The notes: generated from the sequence alone by a model not told the origin. Counted from the first letter of the stretch, positions 24,591-39,429 are shown. The stretch is DNA of 64,000 nt from Mytilus californianus (GCF_021869535.1 NW_026262690.1:94922001-94986000), one strand, 5' to 3'. A program made the numbers and translations.

Positions 24591-25333
24591 TCCCCTTTGT
24601 TGATAAAGTTTGATTAAATCAGTTTTTATGGACTTCCCCTTTTTGAATTTACTAGAGAGTTCGGTATTTTTGTTATTATTTTTTTTTAATAGAATTACCT
24701 CAAGTCTATAACAAGAATTTCAACAAAACAGTGAACACTGGCGAGAATCATCTTTCTGTTTTATATAATCTGTTTCTGATTTTTCTAGAACAAACGTTTA
24801 TTCATGCAAACTAAGCTTTTTATTATTGAAAATTGTAAGGGTGCTTTTTATGCTTAAAACTTTTCAAAGCGTAAAACATCGGGGTTATAAACATAGAAGC
24901 TAAACAACGTGATATCCTTCGTTATGACAGAACGGAAGGATACGATTGACATTTATTTGTAGCAAATTTATTATCTTGAACAATTTCTTGTCGATCTACA
25001 TGTAAAATTTTCTGCCAAAAATAGACAATGCTTTACGGTGTAGGAAAAAATCAAATGTTCATTAATAATGTCAACAATCCGAAGAAGCAAATATACCAAG
25101 GATAATTTTCAAAGCGGGTTTCTCAAATTTCAAAAAGTTAATCTTAATCGTAAGGATAATAATAACAATACTAGCAAAATAAAAGTAAATAGAAGGTTCG
25201 CTCAGTCTGTAGTTTCAATGTTTTGTTTTGTATACTGTTAACGTTGTTTGTCTTTTGGTCTTTTTCATTTTTTTTTTGACATGGTGTTGTCAATTTATTT
25301 TCGATTTTTGAGTTTGAATGTCCCTTAAGTATA

Positions 25334-26753
25334 AGAGAGGGACGAAAGATACCAGAGGGACAGTCAAACTCATAGATCGAAAACAAAATGACAACGCCAT
25401 GGCCAAAAACAAAAAGACAAACAGACAAATAATAGTACAGATGACACAACATAGAAAACTAAAGACTAAGCAACACGAACCCCACGAAAAACTGGGGGTG
25501 ATCTCAGGTGCTCCGGAAGGGTAAGCAGATCCTGCTCCACATGTGGCACCCGTCGTGTTGCTTATGTTATTACAAATCCGGTAAATAGTCTAATTCGGTA
25601 GGTCACATTCGTGAAAAGGGAAGGGTTTGTAGTTACGACATGAGGAACATATCCGATATCATCTGTGAAACGGTTATTCCATAACGGTCAACGATGGCGT
25701 CCGTAAAATTTACGAAGGGATGATTTCAACTTCACCATTTGGAACTCTTGGTTTAATAGCATCCTTGTGAGCAGCAATCCTCTATCAAGGAAATCATGAT
25801 AGGAAATACAAGCCCGGGAATATCGTATCAATTGGGAGATATATACTCCGTATGCAGGCGCTGCTGGAATGTTGCTACATAGAAATGGAAAGTTCACAAT
25901 TGGGAAGCTGAAATCATCTCTTTTGTCGTAAAGTTTTGTTTTCAACCGACCCTCATTGTCAATTTCTAGATGTAAGTCAAGATATGAGGCAGACTTAACT
26001 GTATCGGTAGTATCCTTTATCTCTAGTTCGATGGGATAGATTCGTTCAACATAGTCACCAAATTTTGTATTATTTAGTGAGAGAAAATCATCTATATAGC
26101 GGAACGTAAAGTTAAAGGATATTGCTAACTTCTTAACTTTCTTCCTAAGAAGTTCCTGTATGAAGTCAGCCTCATAATAATAAAGAAACAAGGCGGCAAG
26201 AAGAGGGGCACAACTGGTTCCCATTGGAATTCCGACAGTCTGTTGAAAAACACGTCCTCCAAACGTAACAAATATGTTGTCAATCAAGAAATCAAGCATC
26301 TTGATAATGTCAGTTTCAGAGAATTTTTTGTTATAATCAGACTGATTCTTTACAAAGTAGGATTTATCCCTCCCCAAGACAAGATACTTGTATCTACGTT
26401 TGCCATTCTTTTTAATGAAACAAAGTAATACCAACTCTTTCAATTTGTCTTTTAGTTTGGAATGGGGAATACTTGTGTAAAGTGTAGAAAAGTCAAATGT
26501 TTTAATACTATTGCAAGATGAGAGAGTCTTAGATTGTATGTACTCTAAAAGATCTTTGGAATTTTTTAGTATCCACATCTGATTCACGCCACCTCTAGAA
26601 TAGGCAGTTTCACAATAACTTTGGAACTTTGGCTTTGATTGCTGATAAAATAGATGTTAATAATTTCGAAAGAGGTTTCTTGGAGCACTTGGAAGACCCA
26701 GCAATATACCGTTGTTTGTAAGGACACTTATGTAGTTTAGGTATCCAATACAG
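25334..26753 (-). mobile_element. 5'-truncated Penelope-like retroelement, family D, copy 1 (RT disrupted)
   Basis: ORF 25688-26587 with FDFSTLYT, GIPMGTSCAP, FRYIDD, YLDL and TKLYDKRDD motifs. An 8-nt deletion near the C-terminus and a +1 shift at about 26625 relative to copy 2 (58994-60891), to which it is otherwise nearly identical. Confidence 0.92.
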
Positions 26754-28021
26754 TTATTGTATCTTTCGCCTCTTAATTACTAGAGGTGTTTTATCGAAAT
26801 CCATCTGTATCAATGACTCAAATCTATTAAAGATAAAATTCATACCAATTAATGAAAGGACAATAAATGTTACAACTTTTCATAAAAAGTTGCTTTTTAA
26901 TTTGTTTATAGACAATTATAATCGGATTGAGAAATTAAAAAAATATATGAAACTATCCATTTTATATTTAAAAGTATTTGATATTTGTGTTGTTCTTTTC
27001 ACCATTAAATATGTTATCAAATCATTTTTTTTCATTTTGGTATCCTTTCTTAATAAATTGATTAATTTGGAAGATGACAATTTTCACCCGTTAGGAAACC
27101 TACTAATTGAAATTTAAACAGCCGATTATTTATATATTTTGAAATTATTTAAACATTAAGGTTTCAACACCCTCAGGCAAAGTTGACTTTATATGGATTT
27201 GGCTACCATTTTTAGGTTCCTTTTGGTCATATAGCACATCACGTAATTCGGTACTGAAACATCTTCGGCTATTAAGGTAGCAGGACTGGTAACCACTCTA
27301 CTCCGTCCGTCATTCACTCTTTCCGTCTTTTCGTCATTTCGTCCATTTGACTATAAATAGCAAACTTTTCGTCAAATTGTTCTTGGCTTCTAATGAAAGG
27401 AAATGGTTTTATATCTGGTCTGCAGCTTGATAATGTTGTGTTGTAACATGCAGGTCAATTTTACATCTGCCGTGCTGCCACTTTCTGTTTGCCGATAGTT
27501 ATATTATTATATATTATGAGTTATTGCACTTATTATATAAGGCAAATTTTGTCAAACTTTCTTAGCATCTATACAAGGCACATGATTTTATATTTGGTGT
27601 GCAGTTTGATAATATAAAAATAAAAAGATGTGGTATGATTGCCAATGAGACACCTATCCACCAAAGTTAAAATGAAGTGGATCTAAGAAATTATAGACAA
27701 CCATACAGCCTTCAACAATGAGAATAACCCATACGTATAGATGGTTATAAAAGGCCCCGACATCAAAAAATATGAAACAATTCAATGCTGACTTGTAGCG
27801 TATGAGTAATTTTTACATCTGCTTTGCAGCCGCTTTCAGTTTTCCAAAATTTTACACCTTCACTGTTTTCTTGGCTTCAATCTAAGGGACTGAAAAGTTA
27901 TGCTTCATTTTAGGTATAGCATTCAGCGACGCAAGTCTAGACACGGTATTGGTCTTACTTGGATTGCTGCGTACTGATTAAGGTAAGTCAAGAAAAGCGC
28001 TTTGAAAACATTACATCTATG

Positions 28022-28510
28022 AAAAAAGTAAAATATCAAAAATACCGAACTCCAAGGAAAATTCTAGTCGGAAAGTCTCTTATAAAATGGCAAAATCAAA
28101 AGCTCAAACACATCAAATGAATGGAAAACAACTTTCAGATTCCTGACTTGGCACAGGCATTTCCTTATGTAGAAAATGGTGGATTTAACCTGGTTTTATA
28201 GCAAGCTAAACCTCTCACTTGTATGACAGTCGCATAAAATATCATTATATTGACAACAATGTGTGAACAAAACAGACACAATAGGTGAAAATGTCAAAAA
28301 TGGGGATACAGCAGTCAACATTGTGATGTAATCCTAATCACTATAAAAACAAACAAATATGTCGACAAAGAAAAACAAAAAGGCATGTAGACATAGCACA
28401 TAAGCAAAAATGAAAGACAAGACTACTAAAAATGAGCACAGCACAACAACACATTGGCGTGATGCATAAGTACCGAGCCACGCCAAAAAAAGCCATAATG
28501 TGCTATTTTC
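28022..28510 (-). repeat. Dispersed repeat family C, longest copy in the window
   Basis: Shares its 3' end with 3256, 35262 and 61483; contains CCTGACTTGGCACAGG at 28142-28157. Confidence 0.8.
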
Positions 28511-29256
28511 ATTTTTCTCCATACTCAAACAATCGGTAAATTGATAGAGCTTGTCATTTTTTGTTTTCTGTTTAAAATAGTTTTTTTTTTATTCATTTGA
28601 CATTCTTACTGATCTGTTTATGCTCTTGAGTTTTAAACTTTTAAACTACTTCATTTACCTTTTAGAATTTTTCTTCAGAGGTTCCATGTATAATACGATA
28701 CGGTAACTCTGTGAACGTACCAAGTCTCACTGCATGCGTTGCATCAAATTTCTGTATTGTCCACTCTCCTGCTCGTATTTTTATAACTGACTTGTGGTAT
28801 TTCAAATGACAACTGTTTACAATCTTCATATTGTTTACTAAGAAGTGTTGACCACTTTTGTGGCTGTAACGTCCAAACCTGTGGCGAATTGTAAAAATAT
28901 TATTCAATCCTTACTTTTATGCAAAATTGGACATACACATATGTATGTTTGTTATTGTGGTGTAACAGTATGTTTTGCCTAGCATGTAATGACATTATTT
29001 GCAGAAAATACGCCACAGTTTAATATGATTCATTAATAATTTCCTCCTTATATACGTATCTTGACAAAATAGTTGTTATCAAATTATTGCAAAAAATTAC
29101 ACAACTGGTCGTTTTTATCCTGATTGAAAGCACGTTATAGAAGACTTTCTAACCTATTCCCTATTCTATCATCTATTTTATTGTCAAATAATTGTCCAAT
29201 AGTGATGAAAATAATAATTTTCCACTAAAACCAGATTTAAAAATACTGATAACATA

Positions 29257-30673
29257 ATGAACGATCGTATTTTCTTGGTGATAGGCATAATTTTATACTT
29301 TTTAAATAAAAATAAAAATTTTATAATTTTAAACTTTTCATAGTTCACGTCCAAGTTATAGCATGCATATGTATAAGTTCCATATGTACAGTAGCAGTAA
29401 TTGGTTCTTTCTATCACCAAAGCTGTCCTACGTTCTTCCAATGGCCTAAAAGTTAAATATTTGTTGTGTACATGGCACTATGTGATGCTTTGTTTAGCAT
29501 TTCACTTATTTCTGATCACACACACATTGTTGTTACAAAAACATTTCCAAGGCCGAAATCTCTGTGTGCTTTTTACGGATTCATACTATATTATATATAT
29601 ATATATATATATATAGCAGAATTCGTACCAGCTCAAAATTTAATGGTCAATATTGTTGCGATAAATGTGCTTGTATTAATATATTTTCAAAAACAAATAG
29701 ACTTCGGTCGATGGGACTATCGACTTTTGGTATATATTTACCATGTTCCTGCAGTAGGAGCTACGATTGCAGCTACGCTAGGAAAATTTGGCCCGAGCGG
29801 AGCATTGTTAGTGTTGTTTTTTTATTTCAAAATAGTATTTCAAATGAGAACCACGCAATTTAACATTTGTTAGATATAATGGTAAACATTCCGTTATAAA
29901 TTATTTTCGATTTGCAAATTTTAATTATCAAAGAACGTAAGCCCTCATTAAAATAGAATACGTAAAAGTTATACAAAATTCAGTTTATTGAAAAATCTAG
30001 TCAATTCAGTATGAACGGCCCATGTGAGCTAAGGAGATAAAAATTTGACAAAGGAAATAATAATATCATTGCAATAAAGTTGTTATATACCATTGTAGAA
30101 AATCGACCAAATCATAAACATAAAGTGACATTAGTTCATTTAACTGTTTTCTTCGATTTTTAAAGTATTATTTACAATGTTTATTTTTCTTCTAGTTGTT
30201 ACATCGACACAGTAAAAGGGCAAATGACATATATTTTCTTCTTCAGAGTACCTTTACTACTCATTTTAGTGAGTAATACAATCATGTATGTAGTCAGTTT
30301 GTTTCGTATATATACAGAAACACATGAAATTAAAAGCTTGCTTGCAAAATCATCAAGAGCTATACGAGCATCACATAAAGCTGCAAAAACAATGTCTTTG
30401 TTTGTATCTGCTTTCTTTGTCCAATGATGAGCTCTTGCTGTTTATGGCGTATGGCAACTGATAGGAAGCGTACCAGCAACAATGGTTAATCTAGTCACAA
30501 TATTTTCAAACATTAGAGGTCTTCTAAATGGAATTGTGTTTATAAATATAATACGAAGGAAAAGAGAGAAATCAGAAGAGAAAGGATCAAGCGATAAAGC
30601 AGGGTCCGGTGCTTCGAACAGTTCACATATCAATTCTACAGCTCATTCGACACATACATCTAGTGCCGTTTGA
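29257..30673 (+). pseudogene. cAMP-receptor-like 7TM paralog 3, pseudogene (exon 1 about 29257-29806, exon 2 30196-30673)
   Basis: Decayed, frameshifted N-terminus; TAA at 29454-29456 (E of the ERF motif); 27-nt (TA)n insertion at 29589-29615; donor GTTAGT at 29807; acceptor CTAG|T TGT at 30195/30196; the conserved QWW is read CAA TGA TGA (30422-30430). Confidence 0.92.
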
Positions 30674-33133
30674 ATTGTTGAAGTCTAACATAATTTATCT
30701 AGTTTATTACGTTTTTATAATATAACTTTTGTTTAATATCTAGCTAATATGGTTACCTGTCTATCAAAATATAACATCGAGTAGAACCGGAAATGTTCTT
30801 TTGATAAAGTTACAAACTCTCCGACAACTTGAATAAAGCTAGATATAGTGGGCTGCCTTTAACATTTGGACAGACACATTTCAAAACTTATATTTTGTGA
30901 TACTCAAGCTTATTATTTAATTTATAAATTGCTATTTCGTATTGTTTTAAAAGAATTATGAAACATAGTTCATTTAAATAAAATTACAAGTTGGACAGCG
31001 TCAATAAGACAGCAACCCATCAGCAATAATTACAAAAAGGCAACTAGAGATCAATATTCAGTCTCAAACTATAGAGGTTGTGGTTGATTCCCCCGATCGA
31101 TTTTTATACCTTAAATTTTCATAATTTATAAGTGAGATGGATAAAGAACGTCATAACAAAATTTCAGAAGTAGGGGACGATTTGGTCCTGAGGGTTTTAC
31201 TCATTGATGTTTTTGAATGACTAAGGGCATATCCGTTCAAAATATTTTATTAATATAAAAAAGTCAACAAGCATTAAAATTTTAGCTCTTTAAATATGCT
31301 CGTTTATATAAACAACAACTCAGTAGTCCGTGATTCAGTACTAATATGAGTAATATAAAAATTCAAAACATCTTTAATAGGACTGCTCTGCAAATTGGGT
31401 AGACCAAATGCCACATCTATGTATGCCAGCTAACATTTCTGTAAAGTTTTATTAAGTTTGGAGCATTTTGAAATTTTTGACAATTTTGCCATTTCCATTG
31501 CTACTGTTGCAAAAGTAAAAAAAAAAAATCCTTGCACCATCTTTGAATAATCAGTAGCAGTGAATATTTAACATTCCCAAAAACCGAACCTGTGCACTCG
31601 TATTCAGTTAAACACTTATAGTGTTTATGTCACAATACTTTTGCCATTTTGCATTATTTAAAACTTATTCCACTAATATGAGTATAACATATCTTTCTAA
31701 TATTATCCGTTGATAAATAATGGTTCCATATTTCTCAGGCTTTGTAGCCATTATATTGATTTGATTATTATTCTTTTTATGTCCCCTTATGTCATATCTT
31801 AAAAAGCGCTTTCGAACTCACGAAATAAACTATTTGTTATTTTTGTTGTTATATGTTGCTTTTTGGCTTTTAGGGAAGAGAAATTTTACGTTTTCAAAAA
31901 CATTTTCCAGAACTCAAAACTCAAAACAGAGATAATTATCTGAGAAATTGAGACAATTTATTGTGTATATTTTTCTTCACTCATTTCTAGTAATAAATGA
32001 TTTTTCACACTTGCGTAGAAGAAGCGTATATTTTAGATTTTAAAAATCATTTATCAATTTGTATACCTGAGACTAATATTGGTCTCTTGTATATCTATAT
32101 ATAGTGCATTTATCAAATTCAAAAAGTATGTAATAACTTATCATAAAACATGTTAGATTAATATTTACCGTTGACAATTTAGAGTCGTAAGTCTAAATTT
32201 GAGATATTTAAATAAGTGATCTCAAAAGTATAAATTTAATTGTGATTTAAATTTATCACACCCATATATTTTCTGACACTTCTACCATTGAATACCAAAG
32301 CATTGTGAGTGACGGTCCTTCCAACCTAACTAACATGATTATTAGTTGGTTGGCTGGTTGATAAAATATTTGCATAACATCATAAAGATTGGTAGGTTTG
32401 AATATTTCATATTGTTTCATTTATTGATTGATTGTTACTGTGTCATCAAGTGACAAATTGAAAATAAAATGCCCCTTCCTCGAAATAATGGGATAGGCCT
32501 GGATTCAGCTCATTGATGAATAAAGAGGGATGGGTTGCTAGGAACAAAACGAAAGAGTTAGGGTCTAAATGCCCTTACATTATTATACTCTTCGGTTTGT
32601 GCAGCATGTTTTATATTTGTATCCAAATGATTGTATTTCAATGAACACGCAAGGATTTAACACCCTCTTCGGTTCCCCTCCCAACAAATATCCTAACTTT
32701 ATCAATTATGATGGGAATATGCAACGATTAACACCGCCTCCAAAACAAAATCCTTACACTTATCTTTATAGACTTCAATTTTTCTAGAGATTCACGAAAT
32801 TGATCTTTTAATTATGTGTGCATTGTTTTAATTGTAATTTAAATCGGACCTGGATCTTAACTTTTGTTTTTTGTTTTTTCACGGATATATGTGAGTCTAA
32901 AATTACCTTTTATTTTCTTTTTTGCTTGTTCTCCGAGACCCATACCCGTGTATTTAATTTCGGACGTTTTCCATGTCCTGTCTCGTTTTTATAGTAAGGG
33001 GTTGGTCATTTATCTTATTCTTCTGAGTAAAGATTTTTTTTTAAAAATGGTCACAGGACCTTACATATACAATCAATTAGTGAATAAATTATACAAAATA
33101 AGTGTCTCTTTACGTTATGCAAGCTGAAAATTT

Positions 33134-33157
33134 ATCAATCAATCAATCAATCAATCA
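33134..33157. repeat. (ATCA)6 microsatellite
   Basis: Seen directly. Confidence 0.9.
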
Positions 33158-34929
33158 TAAATTTATTCAACAATAAATCAATACTCCTACCGACAAATCA
33201 ACCCATCGATATGAAGACCTTGTCACTTGATTTTATGCAAACATTTCATTAACCACCCATTTGACCAATCTCCAAATAGCATGTTTAACTTGGAAAAGAT
33301 GGAATGATTTTCAGCAAAAATTGTTTACTATTCGTTCCGATGGTTGATATACGTTTGATTTTGTCAATTTTTCTTGGAGTTCGGTATTTTTGTTACCACA
33401 TTTTTGTTAAATGATAACTATTTGCTAAATACATATTTTTATACATATTGGTAGCAATATTATAAAAGCTAATAATGTACCAAGTAAATCAATATTGAAA
33501 TTAATGCTTTTGAGATGATCCCTCATTTAAAAGTCTCACGCTAGACTATCGTCTTTAAATAGTCAACGGTCAATATTTATCTAACATGTCTATTAATAAC
33601 ATTTGCATAATACAAAAAGGAACTTATAAATTTTATCCATCCGAAGATGTATCCTGGATTAACCATCATCAGAAAATGCACAAGCAAATATTTGAAAGCC
33701 ACTAATGTTTAAGAACCAAAGCATGTGAAGAGAAGAGATATATGCCAAAATGGATCTAAAATGATATTCAAATCATTCTAAATTCAACTTTGCCTGATGA
33801 AGTTGGAACCTTAGTTTCTGAATAATTAAAAACTTCTAGATAAACAGACAATTTGAGACAAGTGCGTTATAAATCATGCGAGTACTGAAGAACAGACTAC
33901 TGTGCTGACGATATCCTCAGGGGGTCTCTTTACATCAGATGTATTTTGAAAATTTTCACAATAGACGAAATTGTAGAAGTGAATATTCATTTTGAAATAT
34001 AATTTACTTTTATAATGAAAAATGTCATCTAATTAACATTATGATTTTCAATCTGGTAGACATTTTTGATCTAAGAAACATCATACAATACATAAAAGAG
34101 TAATCATTGCTTTAAAAAAAATCAAAATAGTACATTTTTGGATTTTTTACATTCTTTGTTTTTTGGTTCAAATATTTATCGAGTACTTCTATATTTGTGA
34201 TGTTAAAACAACTCCGACATCAATTTATTTAGTATTTTGATAAAAGTTATATCATTGCATTTAACAATTTTAAATTACCAAATTAAAGGACATTCAAACT
34301 CATAAGTATATGAATATGACATTTCTTAATTTTTCCGTGTATTTTGACCTTAATTATATCGATTGAATGGTAACGTGCTGTGGCATAATATGACAACGAA
34401 ACTTCATTTGTTCTTTTATAAACGTTCCCAAAATTAACATTGATATCAAGCATCAAATTCTAAATCACATTTCATACATACTTCAAAATTATTCTCAAAA
34501 AATAAAGAAAATAATGATAACATTTTTTTCTGGATAATTTAAAATATGTTGACGTATAAATGCTTTTTGTTTGCTTTGTTGTTGTTTCATTGCCAGTATA
34601 CCTCACATTTCCTGTAATATATACCCCTCGTTTTTGTTTTTTTATTTATATCTGCTTAATCGGATTATTAGGCCTGAACATCGGTTAACTACTGTAGCCT
34701 TAAAACTGGTGTATTTATTGTCTCAGTGAAGTACCATTTTAATCATAGATATAAATCTTTTTCCGTTCAAATAGACATAAGGTTAAATTTCTTTATTATT
34801 CGTGTGACATGTATAGCTTATAAAATTCAATACAATTAAGTAAGGTAAATAGATTATCTACCCAATGGTACTGCTTAAAAGTACAGCGTTGTATTTAATA
34901 TGTAACTCAGTTCCCAAAATGTACTTTCA

Positions 34930-35262
34930 CAACCACATTCCTTTCTAAATCATAAACACAATGTTGACCTCTGTACCCCTATTTTGATATTTTTACATAT
35001 TATGTCTGTTTGGTTTGTTCACACATTGTTGTCAATATCATGGAATTTTATGCGACTGTCATACAAGAGAAAGGTTTAGCTAGCTATAAAACCAGGTTTA
35101 ATCCACCATTTCTACATAAAGAAATGCCTGTACCAGGTCAGGAATATGACAGTTGATTTCCATTCGTTTAATGTGTTTGAGCTTTTGATTTTGCCGTTTG
35201 ATAAGGGATTTTCCGTTTTGAATTTCCCTTGGAGTTCGGTATTTTTGTTATTTTACTTTTTT
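34930..35262 (+). repeat. Dispersed repeat family C, inverted relative to 28022
   Basis: Reverse complement of about 28022-28350; core CCTGTACCAGGTCAGG at 35127-35142. Confidence 0.8.
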
Positions 35263-36796
35263 CATATATGTAAATTTAGAATTTCAAAACAAAATCTTAA
35301 AGTTTTGTTTTCGGTACATGGTATTGTCTTCTTTTCTTGGTCGTTTTGTAGCTGCTTAATTCTACGTCTTTTGAAACAAAAGTTACCTATTAAAATTATA
35401 TTTGATTTTGCATATTGTATTTTGCTAAGTGAAGTGTATCAAATTCGACCTTTATATACTATTACACATTCAAAAATGGGGTGATATATAATATGCACAT
35501 TTTTATATTTCTACTTTACAGATGAATGTATATCAATGAAGATGTGAGAGTTGTGTAGATGAGACAGCAAACATCAAACACAAATAGGAACAAGATATTA
35601 AGAGGTCAACAGTATTTTTGCGGTTTATGAAATATAAATAATCACTAAATTGATATCATTTAACATCATGTCAATATCATACTTCATATGCTACATGTTT
35701 GTATTGTTTTCTGTCTATTGTGTTGTTATTTATATGTTTTTCTTATATCACAATCCTTTTGTTTAGAGTTTAAACAATAAAATTCTTATTTTTATTCTTA
35801 TGTGTAAATTTATATTTTTTCATTATTTTCATAGATGTAATTTAAAAGTTCAAACATATGAAACGGGAAAATAACTTTATCGATATATGTCGGATACGAA
35901 ACAAATATCCAGTACAACATTTAGGCTGGGTTTTTTTTTCGGAGAAAAAGATTTATATCAGAATAGGAAATTAAAATGTGAACTCCTACGTAAATGCGAT
36001 GAGTAAAATAAAGAGTTATGATTGCCACAGAGACAACCATCTATCAAAGACCAGATGAAAGATCTGTCGCTTGAAAATAAGCAGACTGATTAAATAACAA
36101 ACGTTAATGTGAGATTATTAATGCAATTAAAGGATTTATATTATGTATTATGATTTAGTTTTATTTCATTTGTTATATCGATGCAGTGAAAGAGCAAATT
36201 AGATATATTTTTTCACAACATTTTTTCTCCAATAAACTTACAGTTATTTATGTAGTAAGTGTTTGAAAGCGTTTAAACAAAATTAATCAAAGTACAACTG
36301 CCAAAACAGTTTGAGGAATACCACACTAATTTTAAACGGAATTACACAATAATCAATTGGAGATTTGTTCAGAGCTCGCGAGGGCACATTCAATTTATTG
36401 CTTATTCTGAATTAATGACTAAATTGCAAATGCCTTATAATAGCTCAACTGTTAATTGGTTTGACTTTGACAGATTTTGAATATTTATAGAAAAAAAAGA
36501 AGTTATGGAAGGATATTCTAAATGGAGAACAAATAAATAAGGAATTAATTGTCTGCATTGTCTTTCAGTCTTGTTTTGTTGATCTTTTTTCGCGTTCGAT
36601 GCAACATTTTATAAAGTATTAAAATATGCAATAGGATACAAAAAATAAATTCAAAAGAAGAACGAACACTGATAAAACATTTTATAAATCTTGTATTTAT
36701 TTATATAAAGATATCATATCATATCATATAAACTATTTGAGATTAAAAGCTTTGTTTCTTCTGACAACTTCCTGATTTTACTGTTGATGAACGAAT

Positions 36797-37108
36797 CGAG
36801 TGTATCACCAATCCCGTGGCCAGCACACCTATGTTGACATAGAATATCCTTTATACGGTCATTTTCTGTAAATTAACTATTTATAAAAATTTAAATAATA
36901 CGAAAAACAAGCGGTTTTATACTGCATGGCATAGTTGACCTAAGTCATAAGCAACCTTTCGGAATATTTGTCGTTTATTCTTTGCTACTTAATTTTTTGT
37001 TTAAATTTGATTCTAACTATTTTGGTTCGAGATCAAAAGATGTCTTATTTGACGAAACACGTGTCAGGTATACCAAATTATAAGCTATGCATCCTTAATG
37101 AGTTATTA
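36797..37108 (+). mobile_element. Old, degenerate retrozyme-type monomer; hammerhead core destroyed
   Basis: Collinear with the reverse complement of 61060-61367. Remnant TTCGAGATCA...GTCTTATTTGACGAAACACGTGTCAGG at 37026-37068 lacks CTGATGA. Confidence 0.6.
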
Positions 37109-37885
37109 CTCCTATGATTTATGATAGATATTAATATTTTTCTATATCATTTTTAGAAAATGTACACCGTTAAAATCTAGTACTTGTAAGTGTTGTAAAA
37201 TATATTTTTTCTAGACCTCATATTGTTTAGAGAAATTTTATTAGCAGAATGAGAGGAGATTTCACCATATTCACTGTGAATAAACTGAATAATGGATTCA
37301 AAAAAGGAGAACTAAATACACAGAGCACATCGCGCCTATATTATCAAATGAATTATAAAATAACTGTCACTGAAATTTCTAATATATTACCAAAATCAAT
37401 GTGAAGAATCGAAATAAGCGATTCAATATACAGACTGAAAAACTGTTATCATTTTATGAATATCTCATCAAAAACATATTTAGCTTTTTTGATACTCGAC
37501 GACTTGAAACTTCCGCTTGTGAAGTATATACTCATTGTACATAAAAATCTTTATTTTTGGTAAAACCTTTTTAGATTAACGAGATTATGATTTCGCAATG
37601 TCGTAGCGACAGTAAAACTCCGGCTTTTGAATAACTTTCTTAAACACCAATGGAACTTATAACAGTGAAACTAAAGTAAAAATGACAATTTTATTTTAAA
37701 GTGATACCGAATGAAAAAACATTCCCATAACAGATAACAAATCTTCGAACAAGGAAGTACTTAATACTACCTAATTTATATCGATAGTACCATGAATTAG
37801 AACAATATACAGCTATATTCATAAAACTGATAATGATTTTTTCGTGATAACGAAAAACAATTGTGCTGTTTGAAAAGGATCAAAC

Positions 37886-38436
37886 ATGACGAACAGTTCT
37901 TATAATGTGGTCAAATATGTAATTTCAACTTCAAAAGAACTAAATGATGGTTATGATTTACCTGTATATGGACTTGCTAATGGCACGTTTTACAACCTCC
38001 ACGTGCCAGCACTGGTTTGCATATTGTTAAGTTTAATTAGCGCTGTGTCGGTCATTAGTTACTCATTTTACCATCAGCGCATATCTACATTCTTTGAGTG
38101 GACAAGAAGTGAAAGATTCGCTGTTTACATGGCAATATGTGATGGCCTTTTTAACATTTCTCATTTTGCTGACCATCTGCATATTGTTCTTACGAAGAGT
38201 CTACCAACTCCAAAAGTTTTGTGTGCTTTCTATGGATATTTGTTGGCGGAATTCATAACAGCTCAGAACTTATTGGTCAGTAACGTTGCCATTAATGTTT
38301 TTGTATTGGTATATTTTCGGAAAAAGCTGAACTTTGGGTATAGAGATTACCGACTTCTTTGTATCATTTTTTTAGTTCCTGCATTAGTATTTACAGTGGT
38401 TGCTGCCTCAGGACAGCACGGTCCAAATGGAAGCTT
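37886..38436 (+). CDS. cAMP-receptor-like 7TM paralog 4, exon 1
   Basis: ATG 37886, MTNSSYNVV...DGYDLPVYGLANGTFYNLHVPAL...HFADHLH...GPNGS; ends TT|GTAAGT (donor 38437). Confidence 0.92.
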
Positions 38437-39429
38437 GTAAGTATAAATACAAAACCTTTGTAAACTTTTGACGAAGTGTCAGGGTAAAAGTATTCGAATA
38501 CTTCCAAGTCTAGCTTATTTAATAATTGTTGTTTGTTTGATTTCTAAAAGCAAATATTTCAAGCATATTCAGGGCGAGAACACATAAAACATAAACAATT
38601 TAATCGGTAAACTATGCAAATTAGATCGAACGAAATAACGATCATGTAATGTGAAATGTCACTAGAAAAAGAGGGTGTTTGATAGGGACAGAAATGATGC
38701 CTATCAAAAGTCAAGACCAGGACACCTACGGACATCACAAATAAATATTGGAGTAATTTTTAATGTCAACCGAACGTAGATACAGATTTGTACATCGAAG
38801 TCAGTCGGATGCAACCCTCATCCCAGTAAGTTTTTTTTTTGTTATACGACTTGAAGGATTTAGATAACCGTGTTTATATACCTTTGAGCCAAGTGTATTC
38901 TTATATTGAAAAACAAATTGTATGGTCTTACAAACTGTGTTGATGATGTTATCTAAGTATCGTAGTTCAAAATAGGGGTGGAAGATACCAAGGGAATATC
39001 CAAAAAGTCATAAGTCGATGAAAAACTGACAACGCCATGATAGAAAATTAAAATACGACGAATAAATGAACAAGTCTACAAACACTACGTAGAAAACTAA
39101 AAACAGAGTAACACCCAACCAAAACCGGGGATAAAATCAGGTTCTCTCGAAGAGTAGGCAGCTTCTGCTTCACATGTAATACCCATCGTGTCGTTTGTTA
39201 AAAGAATATTGATGTGAATTAAAACGATTTTTGTCTTTTTAGGCCAATTTAGATTGGTACCGTTAATGTTATGATTTATCATGACGTATTCAGATATGTC
39301 AGCATAACAACAACCGTAAACCATTTCAAAAGCGAAACATGCACCAACATTTTTTACTTTTTATCTTTTTAAAAGCTGACTTAAATAGTATACCGATGGT
39401 TATGTGTCAAAAACGCGTTTGTTGAATAC

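Noticed and set aside
30425-30430. TGA TGA in paralog 3 as selenocysteine or readthrough codons
   Set aside because: They replace Trp, not Cys; exon 1 also has a TAA stop and a decayed start; no SECIS-like motif seen in the downstream sequence.
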